Positions 41,220 through 50,642 of a DNA stretch of 64,000 bases are shown piece after piece (positions within the stretch are counted from its first letter, which is position 1; each line of letters opens with the position of its first letter). Origin of the DNA: an uncultured bacterium (GTDB lineage: Bacteria > Patescibacteriota > Patescibacteriia > UBA9570 > XYC2-FULL-38-9); contig CALKUP010000002.1 in NCBI GenBank assembly GCA_937996685.1, forward strand, positions 113,066 to 177,065. The letters run 5' to 3'. The notes under the pieces were generated by a model. The model saw only the letters and a list, made by a program, of their open reading frames with translations, had not been told where the DNA came from and searched no databases. The translations under genes were made by a program, and so were the position numbers.

Positions 41220-42485
41220 ATGGAACGATTTATTATTCAAGGAGGACATCAGCTATCTGGAGAGATTCCAGTATTTGGTGCAAAAAATCATGCATTAAAG
41301 GCGCTTGCGGCTACGTTATTGTTTGAACGTGCTGTGCATGTTGAGAATGTCCCAATGGGAGAGGATGTACTACGAATGCTCGATATTATACGAACAATTG
41401 GCGGTTCAGTCAACGTTTCTGAAGACGTTGTTGATATTCTTCCGCCGACGACATTTGATGGTGTATTGCCAGAAGATTTAGTGCCGCAATTACGTGCATC
41501 ACTTGTGTTGCTTGGTCCGTTATTAACCCGTTTTGGTCGCGTATTATTACCGCACCCCGGCGGGGATAATATCGGAAAACGACCAATTGATTTTTTTCTT
41601 GAATTTACAAAAGCGATGGGAGCTGAGGTTGTTGAACATGATGCGGCATACGAATTCATCGCTCCGAACGGATTACAAGGAACGCGCTATTTTTTTCCAG
41701 TCCAAAGTCACACTGGAACGGAAACGATGATACTGGCAGCGGCGGGCGCGCACGGCACAACAGTGATTGAAAATGCATCATGCGAACCAGAAGTGGTTGC
41801 TCTTGCACAATGGCTGCGTGAATCAGGTGTTGCTATTTCAGGAGAAGGCACACAAACGATCGTGATTGAGGGTGGAGATGTTTCTGCGTTGGAACCTGCT
41901 CCGGCAATCATTATTCCTGATCGATTAGAAGCTGGATCGTTTTTAATTCTTGGTGCAGCGACAAATAGTGAACTCACAGTAACCGGTTGCGTTCCTGGAC
42001 ACCTCACAAGTCTTTTGCACGCCTTTGAAACAATGGGTATTCCGTATTCGATTGCTGGTGATGCAATTACTGTGCACACACATGAATCTCTCGCTCCTTT
42101 GCAGCTGGTGACACATGAGTATCCAGGATTTCCAACTGACCTACAGGCGCCGATGACGGTGTTATTAACGCAGGCAACAGGCCAAAGTGCGGTGCGAGAA
42201 ACAATTTACGAAGGTCGACTTTTTTATACCGACATGCTGAACAATATGGGTGCACAGATTCAAATGCTTGATCCATATCGTGTGACCGTTCAAGGAAAAA
42301 CAGCGTTATATGGTAAGTCAGTTGTCAGTCCGGATATTCGCGCAGGTATTGCGATGGTTATTGCTGGGTTGATTGCAACTGGCGAAACAACAATTGAGCA
42401 AATTTATCAAGTTGATCGAGGCTACTTACAAATAGAGCAGCGCTTGCAGCAGATAGGTGCGCAGATTCGTCGAGAGAAGCGTTAA
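41220..42485 (+). CDS. murA: UDP-N-acetylglucosamine 1-carboxyvinyltransferase
   Basis: GAKN, LRAS, PGGD.IG.RP, PDRLEAG, PGFPTDLQ, DIRAG, DRGY; start at ATG 41220. Confidence 0.96.
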   Translation: MERFIIQGGHQLSGEIPVFGAKNHALKALAATLLFERAVHVENVPMGEDVLRMLDIIRTIGGSVNVSEDVVDILPPTTFDGVLPEDLVPQLRASLVLLGPLLTRFGRVLLPHPGGDNIGKRPIDFFLEFTKAMGAEVVEHDAAYEFIAPNGLQGTRYFFPVQSHTGTETMILAAAGAHGTTVIENASCEPEVVALAQWLRESGVAISGEGTQTIVIEGGDVSALEPAPAIIIPDRLEAGSFLILGAATNSELTVTGCVPGHLTSLLHAFETMGIPYSIAGDAITVHTHESLAPLQLVTHEYPGFPTDLQAPMTVLLTQATGQSAVRETIYEGRLFYTDMLNNMGAQIQMLDPYRVTVQGKTALYGKSVVSPDIRAGIAMVIAGLIATGETTIEQIYQVDRGYLQIEQRLQQIGAQIRREKR

Positions 42486-42494
42486 TATAACTTT

Positions 42495-43814
42495 ATGGAA
42501 TTTGATATCAATACACAATTACAAAATAAAGCGATGCAAAAAAAACAACAAGCACACAAAGCCTTTCTTGGTTTCGTTTTTGTGCTCGTCTTTGTTGTCG
42601 GTTTAGGAGCTGGTTTTTTAACAGCAACCCTTTCGTCAGATGGGGCTGGAAATATCCAAGAGGCAAAAAATGCCTTACTCAATAAAAATGCAGATGACCT
42701 CTCATTATTTTGGGATGTTTGGAATGACGTGAAAGGCGATTACGTGCACCAACCAGTTGACGAAAAGCAATTAATGTACGGTGCAGTATCAGGGATCGTT
42801 CAGGGCTTAAATGATCCGTATTCAGTGTTTTTCACTCCTGATCAATCCAAAGAGTTCATGGATGAGATTAATGGTGAGTTTGAGGGCATTGGTGCTGAGG
42901 TGGCGATTAAAAATAATCAACTTGTTGTTGTGAGTCCAATCACGGGAAGTCCTGCGATGGCCGCTGGTGTGCAGCCAGGAGATGCAATTTTGCGTATCGA
43001 TGATGTTGATACAGCTGGTATGGATTTGAATACCGCGGTTGGTAAAATTCGTGGAAAAAAAGATACCGTGGTCACCTTGCAATTACAGCGTAATGGTGAA
43101 ACGCCGTTTGATGTAAAAATTACCCGAGATCGTATTCATATTGATAGTGTGACTTCAAAAAATATTGAAAAAGACGGCAAACGGATTGCGCATATTACAA
43201 TTTCACAATTCAATGGTGAGACTGCTGATTTATTTTCAAAAGCGGTCACAGAAGTAAAAGTCAATAAACCAGATGGGATTATCTTGGATTTACGGAATAA
43301 CCCAGGTGGGTATTTAGACGCGGCAGTTGAAGTAATTGGTCAGTTTGTTGAAAATGGGACACCAGTTGTCTATGAGCAAAAAAGTGATGGTCAAGATATT
43401 CCATATAAAACAAAAGGTGCGCCAACAATTGACGGTGTTCCGACAGTTGTATTAATGAATGCTGGATCTGCTTCAGCGTCAGAAATTGTCGCAGGTGCGT
43501 TACGTGATTATAAAAAAGCAACCTTGCTTGGCACTACGTCGTTTGGTAAGGGGACTGTGCAGGATGTGCGCTCATATGCTGATGGTTCAACGCTCAAGCT
43601 CACAATCGCGCAATGGCTCACTCCAAATAAAACAGCGATCAATAAAACAGGGGTTGTGCCAGATTTTTACAGCACGAATACAAAAGAAGATGTTGCAGCG
43701 GATAAAGATCCACAACTTGATGCCGCGACATTGTACTTTACAAATAACGCAGAATTTGTAAAAACAATACTACCTCCAACTGAGGAGCAGAAAAAACCAC
43801 TTGTAAAAGAATAA
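42495..43814 (+). CDS. ctpA: S41 carboxyl-terminal processing protease (PDZ)
   Basis: DPYS, GIGA, DLRNNPGG, SASASEI, FGKGTVQ. Confidence 0.95.
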   Translation: MEFDINTQLQNKAMQKKQQAHKAFLGFVFVLVFVVGLGAGFLTATLSSDGAGNIQEAKNALLNKNADDLSLFWDVWNDVKGDYVHQPVDEKQLMYGAVSGIVQGLNDPYSVFFTPDQSKEFMDEINGEFEGIGAEVAIKNNQLVVVSPITGSPAMAAGVQPGDAILRIDDVDTAGMDLNTAVGKIRGKKDTVVTLQLQRNGETPFDVKITRDRIHIDSVTSKNIEKDGKRIAHITISQFNGETADLFSKAVTEVKVNKPDGIILDLRNNPGGYLDAAVEVIGQFVENGTPVVYEQKSDGQDIPYKTKGAPTIDGVPTVVLMNAGSASASEIVAGALRDYKKATLLGTTSFGKGTVQDVRSYADGSTLKLTIAQWLTPNKTAINKTGVVPDFYSTNTKEDVAADKDPQLDAATLYFTNNAEFVKTILPPTEEQKKPLVKE

Positions 43815-43822
43815 GAAGAATT

Positions 43823-44245
43823 ATGAAAGTTGTTATTAAAAAAACCGGACAAGTTAAAAATGTACCAGATGGATACGCGCGCAATTTCCTAATCCCAAAA
43901 GGTTTGGCAGTGCCAGCAACTGATGACGCTGTTGCGCAGGCTGCAAAAGGGCAGGCGGCAGCAAAAGCGCAACGCGAACAAGAAGAGCGTGAATGGGAAG
44001 AAATGAAGCGAACGCTCGGAGGCGTGACGATTCAATTGCAATTACCAGCAAATGACGCAGGGTTGTTGTTTGGCGCGGTGACTGCAAAAGAATTGGTCGC
44101 GGCTCTCAAAGAGCAGTGCTTTACAGTGCAACCGCAATGGTTTGTTGACGGTGTGCATATTAAACAGGTTGGAGAGCATGCAGTCTCGATTCATTTGCCA
44201 AATAAAGCAGTTGTTTCAATTCAATGCATTGTGCAAAAACAGTAG
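43823..44245 (+). CDS. rplI: 50S ribosomal protein bL9
   Basis: V.DGYARNFLIPKGLA, LFGAVT, IK..G. Confidence 0.92.
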   Translation: MKVVIKKTGQVKNVPDGYARNFLIPKGLAVPATDDAVAQAAKGQAAAKAQREQEEREWEEMKRTLGGVTIQLQLPANDAGLLFGAVTAKELVAALKEQCFTVQPQWFVDGVHIKQVGEHAVSIHLPNKAVVSIQCIVQKQ

Positions 44246-44308
44246 TTGTTGTTTGTTTTGCTTCGTGATATACTCATTTTTTGAATTAATTTCCTCTTAT
44301 TTTTTTGT

Positions 44309-45988
44309 ATGGCAAAAGTAACCAAAAAAGGTAGTCGCAAAAAAGCGTATGCCCCGAAATATGTTTTTGTTGTTGGTGGTGTGATGTCGTCTGTTGGAAA
44401 AGGTGTTGCAGCGTCATCGATTGCATTAATTTTGCAATCACGTGGCTATCGAATCACTGCGATGAAAGCTGATCCATACATTAACGTTGATGCCGGAACA
44501 ATGAACCCAACAGAACACGGAGAAGTGTTTGTCACTGCTGACGGTGATGAAACAGATCAAGATATTGGGAACTATGAACGGTTTTTACATCAAGATATTC
44601 ATAAAGTAAATTACATGACAACAGGTCGTGTCTATTTGGATGTTATTCAACAAGAGCGTAATTTACAGTACCAAGGGAAGTGCGTTGAGGTTGTGCCGCA
44701 TATTCCATTGAATATTATTTCTCGGATTAAAAAAGCGCAAAAAACAGATGATGCTGAAATTACTGTTATTGAAATCGGCGGAACAGTTGGGGAATATCAA
44801 AGTGCGTTGTTTTTAGAAGCGGCTCGCATGATGAAAAATGAGCGTCCAGAAGATGTGGCGATTGTGCTTGTGAGTTACTTGCCTGTGCCATCAGCAGTTG
44901 GTGAGATGAAAACAAAGCCGACACAAACAGCAGTTCGTCAATTAAATGAAGCTGGTTTGCAAGCGGACTTTATTATTGCGCGTAGTGAAAAACCGATTGA
45001 TGCTGTTCGTAAAGAAAAGTTATCTGTATTCTGTGCGGTGAAACCAGAGAATATTATCGCAGCGCCAAATATTGATAGTATTTATGCGGTGCCACAAGCC
45101 TTTGAAGATGAAGGTCTTGGGGTTGCGATGTTGAAGACATTGAAATTAAAAACAAAGCGCGTGACAGCAAAAACAGCACTTGAGCAATTAAATGCTGTTG
45201 TGAACGTTTCGCGTACAGCAAAAGATACGGTAAAAATTGCGGTTGTTGGAAAGTATTTCGCAACTGGTGAATTTGTATTGTCAGATGTGTATATTTCTGT
45301 CATCGAGGCATTGAAACACGCGGCATGGAGTCAAAAACGTCAAATTGAATTGACATGGGTTGATGCAGAGGATTATGAAACGCATCCAAATAAGGTAAAA
45401 GAGTTGGGTGATTTTGATGGCGTGCTTGTGCCTGGAGGTTTTGGATCACGAGCGATCGAAGGAAAAATTCGAGCGATTCAATATGTCCGTGAAAACAAGA
45501 TTCCATACTTTGGCTTGTGTTACGGTATGCAATTGGCATGTGTTGAAGTGGCGCGAAATGTTGCTGGTCTTACTGGTGCGCACACTGTTGAAATTGATCA
45601 ACAAACAGATCATCCGATTATTATTGTGAATCCGAATCAAAAAAATAACATCGAAGCAAAACAATACGGCGGAACACTTCGCCTTGGAAGTTACCGTTGT
45701 GATCTCGCTCCTGGAAGCAAGACACAAAAAGCGTATGGCGTGAATACTGTTTCAGAGCGTCATCGTCATCGATATGAATTTAACAATGATTACGTTGATC
45801 AATTAGAAAATGCTGGGCTGGTTATTTCTGGAATTAACCCAGAACAAGGCTTGGTTGAAATTGTTGAATTAAAAGATCATCCGTGGTTTGTTGGTACGCA
45901 ATTTCATCCGGAGTTCTTGTCTCGTCCGTTGACACCGCATCCGTTATTTGTTGGTTTTGTTAAAGCAGCTATTGTCCGCAGCAAGTAA
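44309..45988 (+). CDS. pyrG: CTP synthase
   Basis: GGVMSSVGKG, DPYINVDAGTMNP.EHGEV, KTKPTQ, CYGMQ, RHRHRYE, QFHPE. Confidence 0.99.
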   Translation: MAKVTKKGSRKKAYAPKYVFVVGGVMSSVGKGVAASSIALILQSRGYRITAMKADPYINVDAGTMNPTEHGEVFVTADGDETDQDIGNYERFLHQDIHKVNYMTTGRVYLDVIQQERNLQYQGKCVEVVPHIPLNIISRIKKAQKTDDAEITVIEIGGTVGEYQSALFLEAARMMKNERPEDVAIVLVSYLPVPSAVGEMKTKPTQTAVRQLNEAGLQADFIIARSEKPIDAVRKEKLSVFCAVKPENIIAAPNIDSIYAVPQAFEDEGLGVAMLKTLKLKTKRVTAKTALEQLNAVVNVSRTAKDTVKIAVVGKYFATGEFVLSDVYISVIEALKHAAWSQKRQIELTWVDAEDYETHPNKVKELGDFDGVLVPGGFGSRAIEGKIRAIQYVRENKIPYFGLCYGMQLACVEVARNVAGLTGAHTVEIDQQTDHPIIIVNPNQKNNIEAKQYGGTLRLGSYRCDLAPGSKTQKAYGVNTVSERHRHRYEFNNDYVDQLENAGLVISGINPEQGLVEIVELKDHPWFVGTQFHPEFLSRPLTPHPLFVGFVKAAIVRSK

Positions 45989-45996
45989 TCAATGAA

Positions 45997-46035
45997 AATA
46001 AAAAAGACGCTCGATCGGTGAGCGTCTTTTTTATT
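45997..46035. terminator. Bidirectional terminator between pyrG and rpmA
   Basis: AATAAAAAAGACGCTC-N7-GAGCGTCTTTTTTATT. Confidence 0.9.
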
Positions 46036-46043
46036 GTGTGTAT

Positions 46044-46325
46044 TTATTGTTTTTCAACAACGGATACAGTTTGGATGGTTTTGAGAAGTCCTGTGAAACG
46101 TTTTACTTTTTTCTTGGTGAATTTTACAACGCCAGGAACGATTGCGTAAATTGTGTCATCTTCGCCAATGCGTGTGCCAACTCCTGGACGGAATTTGCTT
46201 CCACGTTGTCGAATGAGGATGTTTCCGGATTCAACGGTCTGACCACCGTATTTTTTAACACCGAGACGCTTTGCTTTCGAATCGCGTCCCAGATTGGTCG
46301 AGCCACCGGCCTTGGTATGTGCCAT
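46044..46325 (-). CDS. rpmA: 50S ribosomal protein bL27
   Basis: [24 protein letters not shown]. Confidence 0.98.
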   Translation of the reverse strand: MAHTKAGGSTNLGRDSKAKRLGVKKYGGQTVESGNILIRQRGSKFRPGVGTRIGEDDTIYAIVPGVVKFTKKKVKRFTGLLKTIQTVSVVEKQ

Positions 46326-46382
46326 AGGTTACAGATTAGGATAAATATCAATGACTTTTTTCAATAATTTGAAGTCCGCAAT

Positions 46383-46429
46383 AGCATACCATAGAGTGAT
46401 TGACGTGTCAATTTCTTTCACGCTATACT
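46383..46429. promoter_or_regulatory. Overlapping divergent promoters (rpmA / membrane protein-mraY)
   Basis: Minus: TTGACA (46411-46406)-17-TATGCT (46388-46383). Plus: TTGACG (46400-46405)-18-TATACT (46424-46429). Confidence 0.7.
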
Positions 46430-46435
46430 ATATGC

Positions 46436-46822
46436 ATGTCTATTGAAGCCCGAAAAGGGATTGAGCCCACTCGATTTTTTGAACGCGTCCGTTTTTTGCC
46501 CGCACCATTTTGGATTGGTTTTCTGTTGGTATTCATTATTAATGCCGCGCAGTGGGGGTACATTTTGTGGAAGTTTCCGCCAATTGAAGGGGTGGTTTTT
46601 TTACATTACACAATCTACTTTGGCGTTGATATCACCGGACAATGGTGGAATATACTCCTGATTCCAGGAGCTGGACTGTTATTTTTTGTTCTGAATACTT
46701 TAGTTGTATTCTGGTCGTATTTTCGGTATCCGTTGATTGCCTGGGTGTCCGTGGTCTTTTCAGGGATTATGAATGCGCTTATATTACTTGGCCTCTATTT
46801 TATTATTCACGTAAACGCATAA
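46436..46822 (+). CDS. Three-TM membrane protein (DUF1648-like)
   Basis: LHYTIYFGVD.G.W motif; start at ATG 46436. Confidence 0.7.
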   Translation: MSIEARKGIEPTRFFERVRFLPAPFWIGFLLVFIINAAQWGYILWKFPPIEGVVFLHYTIYFGVDITGQWWNILLIPGAGLLFFVLNTLVVFWSYFRYPLIAWVSVVFSGIMNALILLGLYFIIHVNA

Positions 46823-46826
46823 TTGT

Positions 46827-47897
46827 ATGTCTTTGACTGTCTGGGTTGCTGTAAAAATTTTATTACTCGCGTCAATTTCTTTTATTACAGCAATGCTGTG
46901 GACCCCGCTCCTGACACGTTTTTTGTATGCCTATAAAATGGGGAAGAATATTCGTAATGACAATAACGCAACTCCGTTGTTCTCGAAAATGCATCAACAT
47001 AAAAAAGGAACGCCAACAATGGGTGGCGTGCTGATTTGGGGGACAACGCTTGTATTGTCTTTGATTTGTGCGCTTGGTGTGCAATTTCCTGGTTCAATTT
47101 TCCCCCCAGAGATGAATTTTTTGACACGTCGTGAAACATTACTCCCACTTGGTGCGTTGATTATGTCCGCTCTTGTTGGTTTAATTGATGACATTATTGA
47201 TATTCGTCGCGCTGGAAAAGGCGGCGGGGGAATGGCAATGCGCTATCGATTATTGATTTATTCTGGTATCGCTGTGCTCGCTGCGTATTGGTTTGTTTCA
47301 AAGCTTGATTGGACAATTTTGCATATCCCATTTTGGGGGAACATTGAACTCGGTGTATTTGCGTTGCCGGCATTCTTTTTTGTTATTGTTGCAACTGCGT
47401 TTTCTGTAAACGAAACAGACGGACTCGATGGACTTGCAGGCGGTGTGCTTCTTGGTGCATTCACGGCATTTTCTGGTATTGCATTTATGCAAAGCCGCTT
47501 TGACCTTGCGGTATTTTGCGCGGTGATTGGTGGTTCATTGCTGGCATTTTTGTGGTTCAATATTCACCCGGCCCGTTTTTTCATGGGGGATACTGGCTCA
47601 ATGCCGCTTGGGATTACGCTGGCAATTGTCGCGATTTACACAAACACCGTTTGGTTGCTGCCGGTGATTGGATTTATTCTTGTCATGGAATCTGTTTCAG
47701 TTCTGGTGCAGTGGACATCAAAATTGCTTCGCAATGGAAAAAAGATTTTTCACTCAACGCCAATTCACCATCACTTTGAGGCAATTGGTTGGGAAGAGCC
47801 AAAAATCGTGATGCGGTTTTGGATCATTTCAGCGGTCTTTTCAATTCTAGGAATTGTCCTGTATCTTCTTGATCGCAGTATTTTAGGCCACCTCTAA
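46827..47897 (+). CDS. mraY: Phospho-N-acetylmuramoyl-pentapeptide transferase
   Basis: KKGTPTMGG, N.TDGLDGL, FMGDTGS, PIHHHFE. Confidence 0.97.
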   Translation: MSLTVWVAVKILLLASISFITAMLWTPLLTRFLYAYKMGKNIRNDNNATPLFSKMHQHKKGTPTMGGVLIWGTTLVLSLICALGVQFPGSIFPPEMNFLTRRETLLPLGALIMSALVGLIDDIIDIRRAGKGGGGMAMRYRLLIYSGIAVLAAYWFVSKLDWTILHIPFWGNIELGVFALPAFFFVIVATAFSVNETDGLDGLAGGVLLGAFTAFSGIAFMQSRFDLAVFCAVIGGSLLAFLWFNIHPARFFMGDTGSMPLGITLAIVAIYTNTVWLLPVIGFILVMESVSVLVQWTSKLLRNGKKIFHSTPIHHHFEAIGWEEPKIVMRFWIISAVFSILGIVLYLLDRSILGHL

Positions 47898-48058
47898 AGA
47901 GTGTCAAATAGACTATTGCGCAAGAAACGGCAGGATACTAAAGAGTACCATTGATACAATTGCAATCAGCGCGAGAACAAGGTATACTTTTTCCTGCCAG
48001 GATTTTTTTCGTTTACTCATATAGGAGAGTATACAAAAACCCAGTGTCTTTCGCAAGC

Positions 48059-48592
48059 ATGACAAGAAAACCAAAAAAACAACAAAAAACCCTCAAAAAA
48101 CGATTTCGTTTGTTTTCTCGAGCGCAAAAATTACCAAATAGAACACCTGCAGCGTTAGGAGGCACTGGGTCATCTATTGAAGTGAAGCGATTTTTTGATA
48201 CGCGTTTATTTGTTATGGTGTTGCTGCTGATCACCGGTTTTTTGTTTGTTTCGGTGACGCGTGAAGCAGTGCGTCGTGTGCAGATTGGTCGTGAAATCCG
48301 AACGGTCAAGCAAGAAATCGCAAAGCAAGAAGCGAGGAATGCACAGATGGCTGTACTTACAAAAGTGCTCAATACAAGTACCGCACAAGAAAAGCAAAGT
48401 CGTTTAACGCTCAATTCAATTATCCCTGGTGAAACAGTCGTGATTATTGAGTCAGACAACACGGCTTCTGCACAAGATTCTGAAAGTGAAGTTCTTTTGC
48501 CAAATGGTGAAACAGTTGATACTATATCAGGCAGGACTACGCAAACCAGTAATCCAAAGAAGTGGTTTGATTATTTTTTTAGTAATATTTAA
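48059..48592 (+). CDS. FtsB/DivIC-like septum formation protein
   Basis: Basic N-terminus, TM helix, coiled coil, R..L....PGE.V, N..KW.DYFF; start at ATG 48059. Confidence 0.75.
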   Translation: MTRKPKKQQKTLKKRFRLFSRAQKLPNRTPAALGGTGSSIEVKRFFDTRLFVMVLLLITGFLFVSVTREAVRRVQIGREIRTVKQEIAKQEARNAQMAVLTKVLNTSTAQEKQSRLTLNSIIPGETVVIIESDNTASAQDSESEVLLPNGETVDTISGRTTQTSNPKKWFDYFFSNI

Positions 48593-48601
48593 TTATCACG
48601 T

Positions 48602-49660
48602 ATGAATGAAATGAATACAGGTCTTCCAAAAACTGAACCGGTTGCCGAGGCAGCTTCTTCAGTTGTAAAAGAAGATGCAACAGGATCAGTGGCGCCTTCT
48701 GCCGGCTCAACAGCTGTGACAGACGCTGAAAAAGCATTAAAGAAAACCAAGCGAATGATGTTTGCTGCAATTGCGGTCATTGCTGTCTTGGTATTGTTAA
48801 TGGTCTTTGGTGGTGGGTATTGGTTGGTCTATGTTGCGCAATCACAAAACGGTGCAGTGACAACAGTCAAGAATGCATTGCCATTGCCAATTGGAATGGT
48901 TGATTCACATATCTTGCCATTAAAAACATTTGAAAAGCGAGTAGCTGCTACAGAGCATTTTTATAAAAAACAAGAAGAGTTGAATTTAGGATTGGCTCAA
49001 AATCCCGGATCTGCAGAAATTCGTAAACAAGAATTTACTCGTCTCGTTGAAGGTGTTGCTCTTGCAGATTACGCGAAAGAACAAGGTGTGAGTGTATCTG
49101 ATCAAGAAGTAAACGACTATTTTGATAAAACAATTTTGCCACAAGCAAAGGGTGGTATTGATGAAGTGACATCAACATTGAAAGATTTGTATGATTGGTC
49201 AGTGGATGATTTCAAAAAAGAAATCTTAACAGAAGCAGTATTGCGCAATAAATTGCAAGACAAATTGTCAAAAGACGATTCTCAAAATGCTGACGCGAAA
49301 GCCAAGATTGATCAATTATATGCTGATGTTAAAGACGGTAAGAAATCTTTTGAAGATGCAGCAAAAGAATCAAGTGATGATACAGTTTCAGCAGAACAAG
49401 GTGGTTCATTGGGAACAATTTCAAAAGGTCAAACCGTTGCTGAGTTTGAAGATAAGGCGTTTTCAACACCAATTGGTGAGCTGAGTGCGCCGTTTACAAG
49501 TCAATATGGTTGGCATATCTTGAAGGTGACAAAGCGTGACGATGCTGTCGGAACTGCAGAAGTGAGTCATATTCTTGTCATGACAAAGCAATTGGATGAT
49601 GTGATTCAAGCGCGTGTCAAAGCAGCGACAGTGCGTCCGTTTATGGCAGATTTGCAATAA
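48602..49660 (+). CDS. SurA/PrsA-like parvulin peptidyl-prolyl isomerase
   Basis: F..AAKE.S.D..S...GG.LG...G..V.EFE..AF...S.P..SQYGWHI. Confidence 0.9.
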   Translation: MNEMNTGLPKTEPVAEAASSVVKEDATGSVAPSAGSTAVTDAEKALKKTKRMMFAAIAVIAVLVLLMVFGGGYWLVYVAQSQNGAVTTVKNALPLPIGMVDSHILPLKTFEKRVAATEHFYKKQEELNLGLAQNPGSAEIRKQEFTRLVEGVALADYAKEQGVSVSDQEVNDYFDKTILPQAKGGIDEVTSTLKDLYDWSVDDFKKEILTEAVLRNKLQDKLSKDDSQNADAKAKIDQLYADVKDGKKSFEDAAKESSDDTVSAEQGGSLGTISKGQTVAEFEDKAFSTPIGELSAPFTSQYGWHILKVTKRDDAVGTAEVSHILVMTKQLDDVIQARVKAATVRPFMADLQ

Positions 49661-49676
49661 TGTTTCTCTGATATAA

Positions 49677-49714
49677 AAATAAAAAATCCGCTACTAAAAG
49701 CGGATTTTTTATTT
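49677..49714. terminator. Bidirectional terminator (PPIase / tRNA-Thr)
   Basis: AAATAAAAAATCCGCT-N6-AGCGGATTTTTTATTT. Confidence 0.9.
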
Positions 49715-49789
49715 GGAGCCGAGGCCGAGGATCGAACTCGGGACCTACACGTTACGAATGTGTCGCTCTGCCAACTGAGCTACATCGGC
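49714..49789 (-). tRNA. tRNA-Thr(CGT)
   Basis: GCCGATGTAGCTCAGTTGGCAGAGCG ACACA-TTCGTAA-CGTGT ... GTTCGATCC...TCCA; 76 nt with encoded CCA. Confidence 0.95.
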
Positions 49790-49894
49790 ATGGATGAAAT
49801 GAACGTCCTGTCATTTTCATATACTTGTTTCCAGAACAGTTCGGTAAATGAGCTCGTGCCCGGAACGGGTACTATCTTCATGGGTGCAAGTCAA

Positions 49895-49936
49895 AGTATA
49901 AAGAGGATTGTCGCAAAGGTCAATTTCCTGTATACT
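49895..49936. promoter_or_regulatory. Overlapping divergent promoters (tRNA-Thr / ftsE)
   Basis: Minus: TTGACC-17-TATACT (49923 to 49895). Plus: TTGTCG-17-TATACT (49908 to 49936). Confidence 0.75.
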
Positions 49937-49959
49937 GCCTCGTATAGAAAACTTCTCTT

Positions 49960-50640
49960 ATGATTGAATTTCACAATGTTACAAAGTCATATCCAGACGG
50001 AACGCACGCATTACAAAATGCCTCTTTTTCCATTGAGCCAGGTGAATTTGTTTCAATTGTTGGTCAAAGTGGAGCAGGAAAAACAACAGTTGCTCGGTTA
50101 ATTATTGCAGAGGAGTTTGCAAGCAAAGGAAAAGTAGTGATCGGTGGTTGGGATATTACGAATATCAAACACCGTCAAATCCCAGTCTTGCGTCGTCAGA
50201 TTGGTGTAGTGTTCCAAGATTTTAAATTATTGCAACGCAAGACAGTCTATGAAAATGTTGCCTTTGGTTTAGAGGTGTGTGGAACGACTCCGGAAAAAAT
50301 TGCGAAAATTGTTCCTCAAGTATTAAAAATCGTTGGTTTGCAAGGCAAGGCGGAAAAATTTCCTGAGCAGTTGTCAGGAGGTGAACAACAACGGGTTGTG
50401 ATTGCAAGGTCTTTGGTCCATCGTCCAAAAATTTTATTAGCGGATGAGCCGACAGGAAATCTTGATACCATTACCGCTAACGAAATTATTGATTTGTTGC
50501 TCAAAATTAACCAGCTTGGCACCACGGTTGTGATGGTGACGCATAATCCTGATATTGTGAATCGCTTGCAGAAGCGGGTCATTACCATTGAAAAAGGAAA
50601 GATTATCGCAGATAAACAAAAGGGAAGTTATCATTTATAA
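49960..50640 (+). CDS. ftsE: Cell division ATP-binding protein FtsE
   Basis: GQSGAGKT, LRRQIGVVFQDFKLL, LSGGEQQR, ADEPTGNLD. Confidence 0.96.
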   Translation: MIEFHNVTKSYPDGTHALQNASFSIEPGEFVSIVGQSGAGKTTVARLIIAEEFASKGKVVIGGWDITNIKHRQIPVLRRQIGVVFQDFKLLQRKTVYENVAFGLEVCGTTPEKIAKIVPQVLKIVGLQGKAEKFPEQLSGGEQQRVVIARSLVHRPKILLADEPTGNLDTITANEIIDLLLKINQLGTTVVMVTHNPDIVNRLQKRVITIEKGKIIADKQKGSYHL

Positions 50641-50642
50641 GT

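Noticed and set aside
49760-49963. 67-aa ORF upstream of ftsE
   Set aside because: Antisense to tRNA-Thr and crosses two promoters
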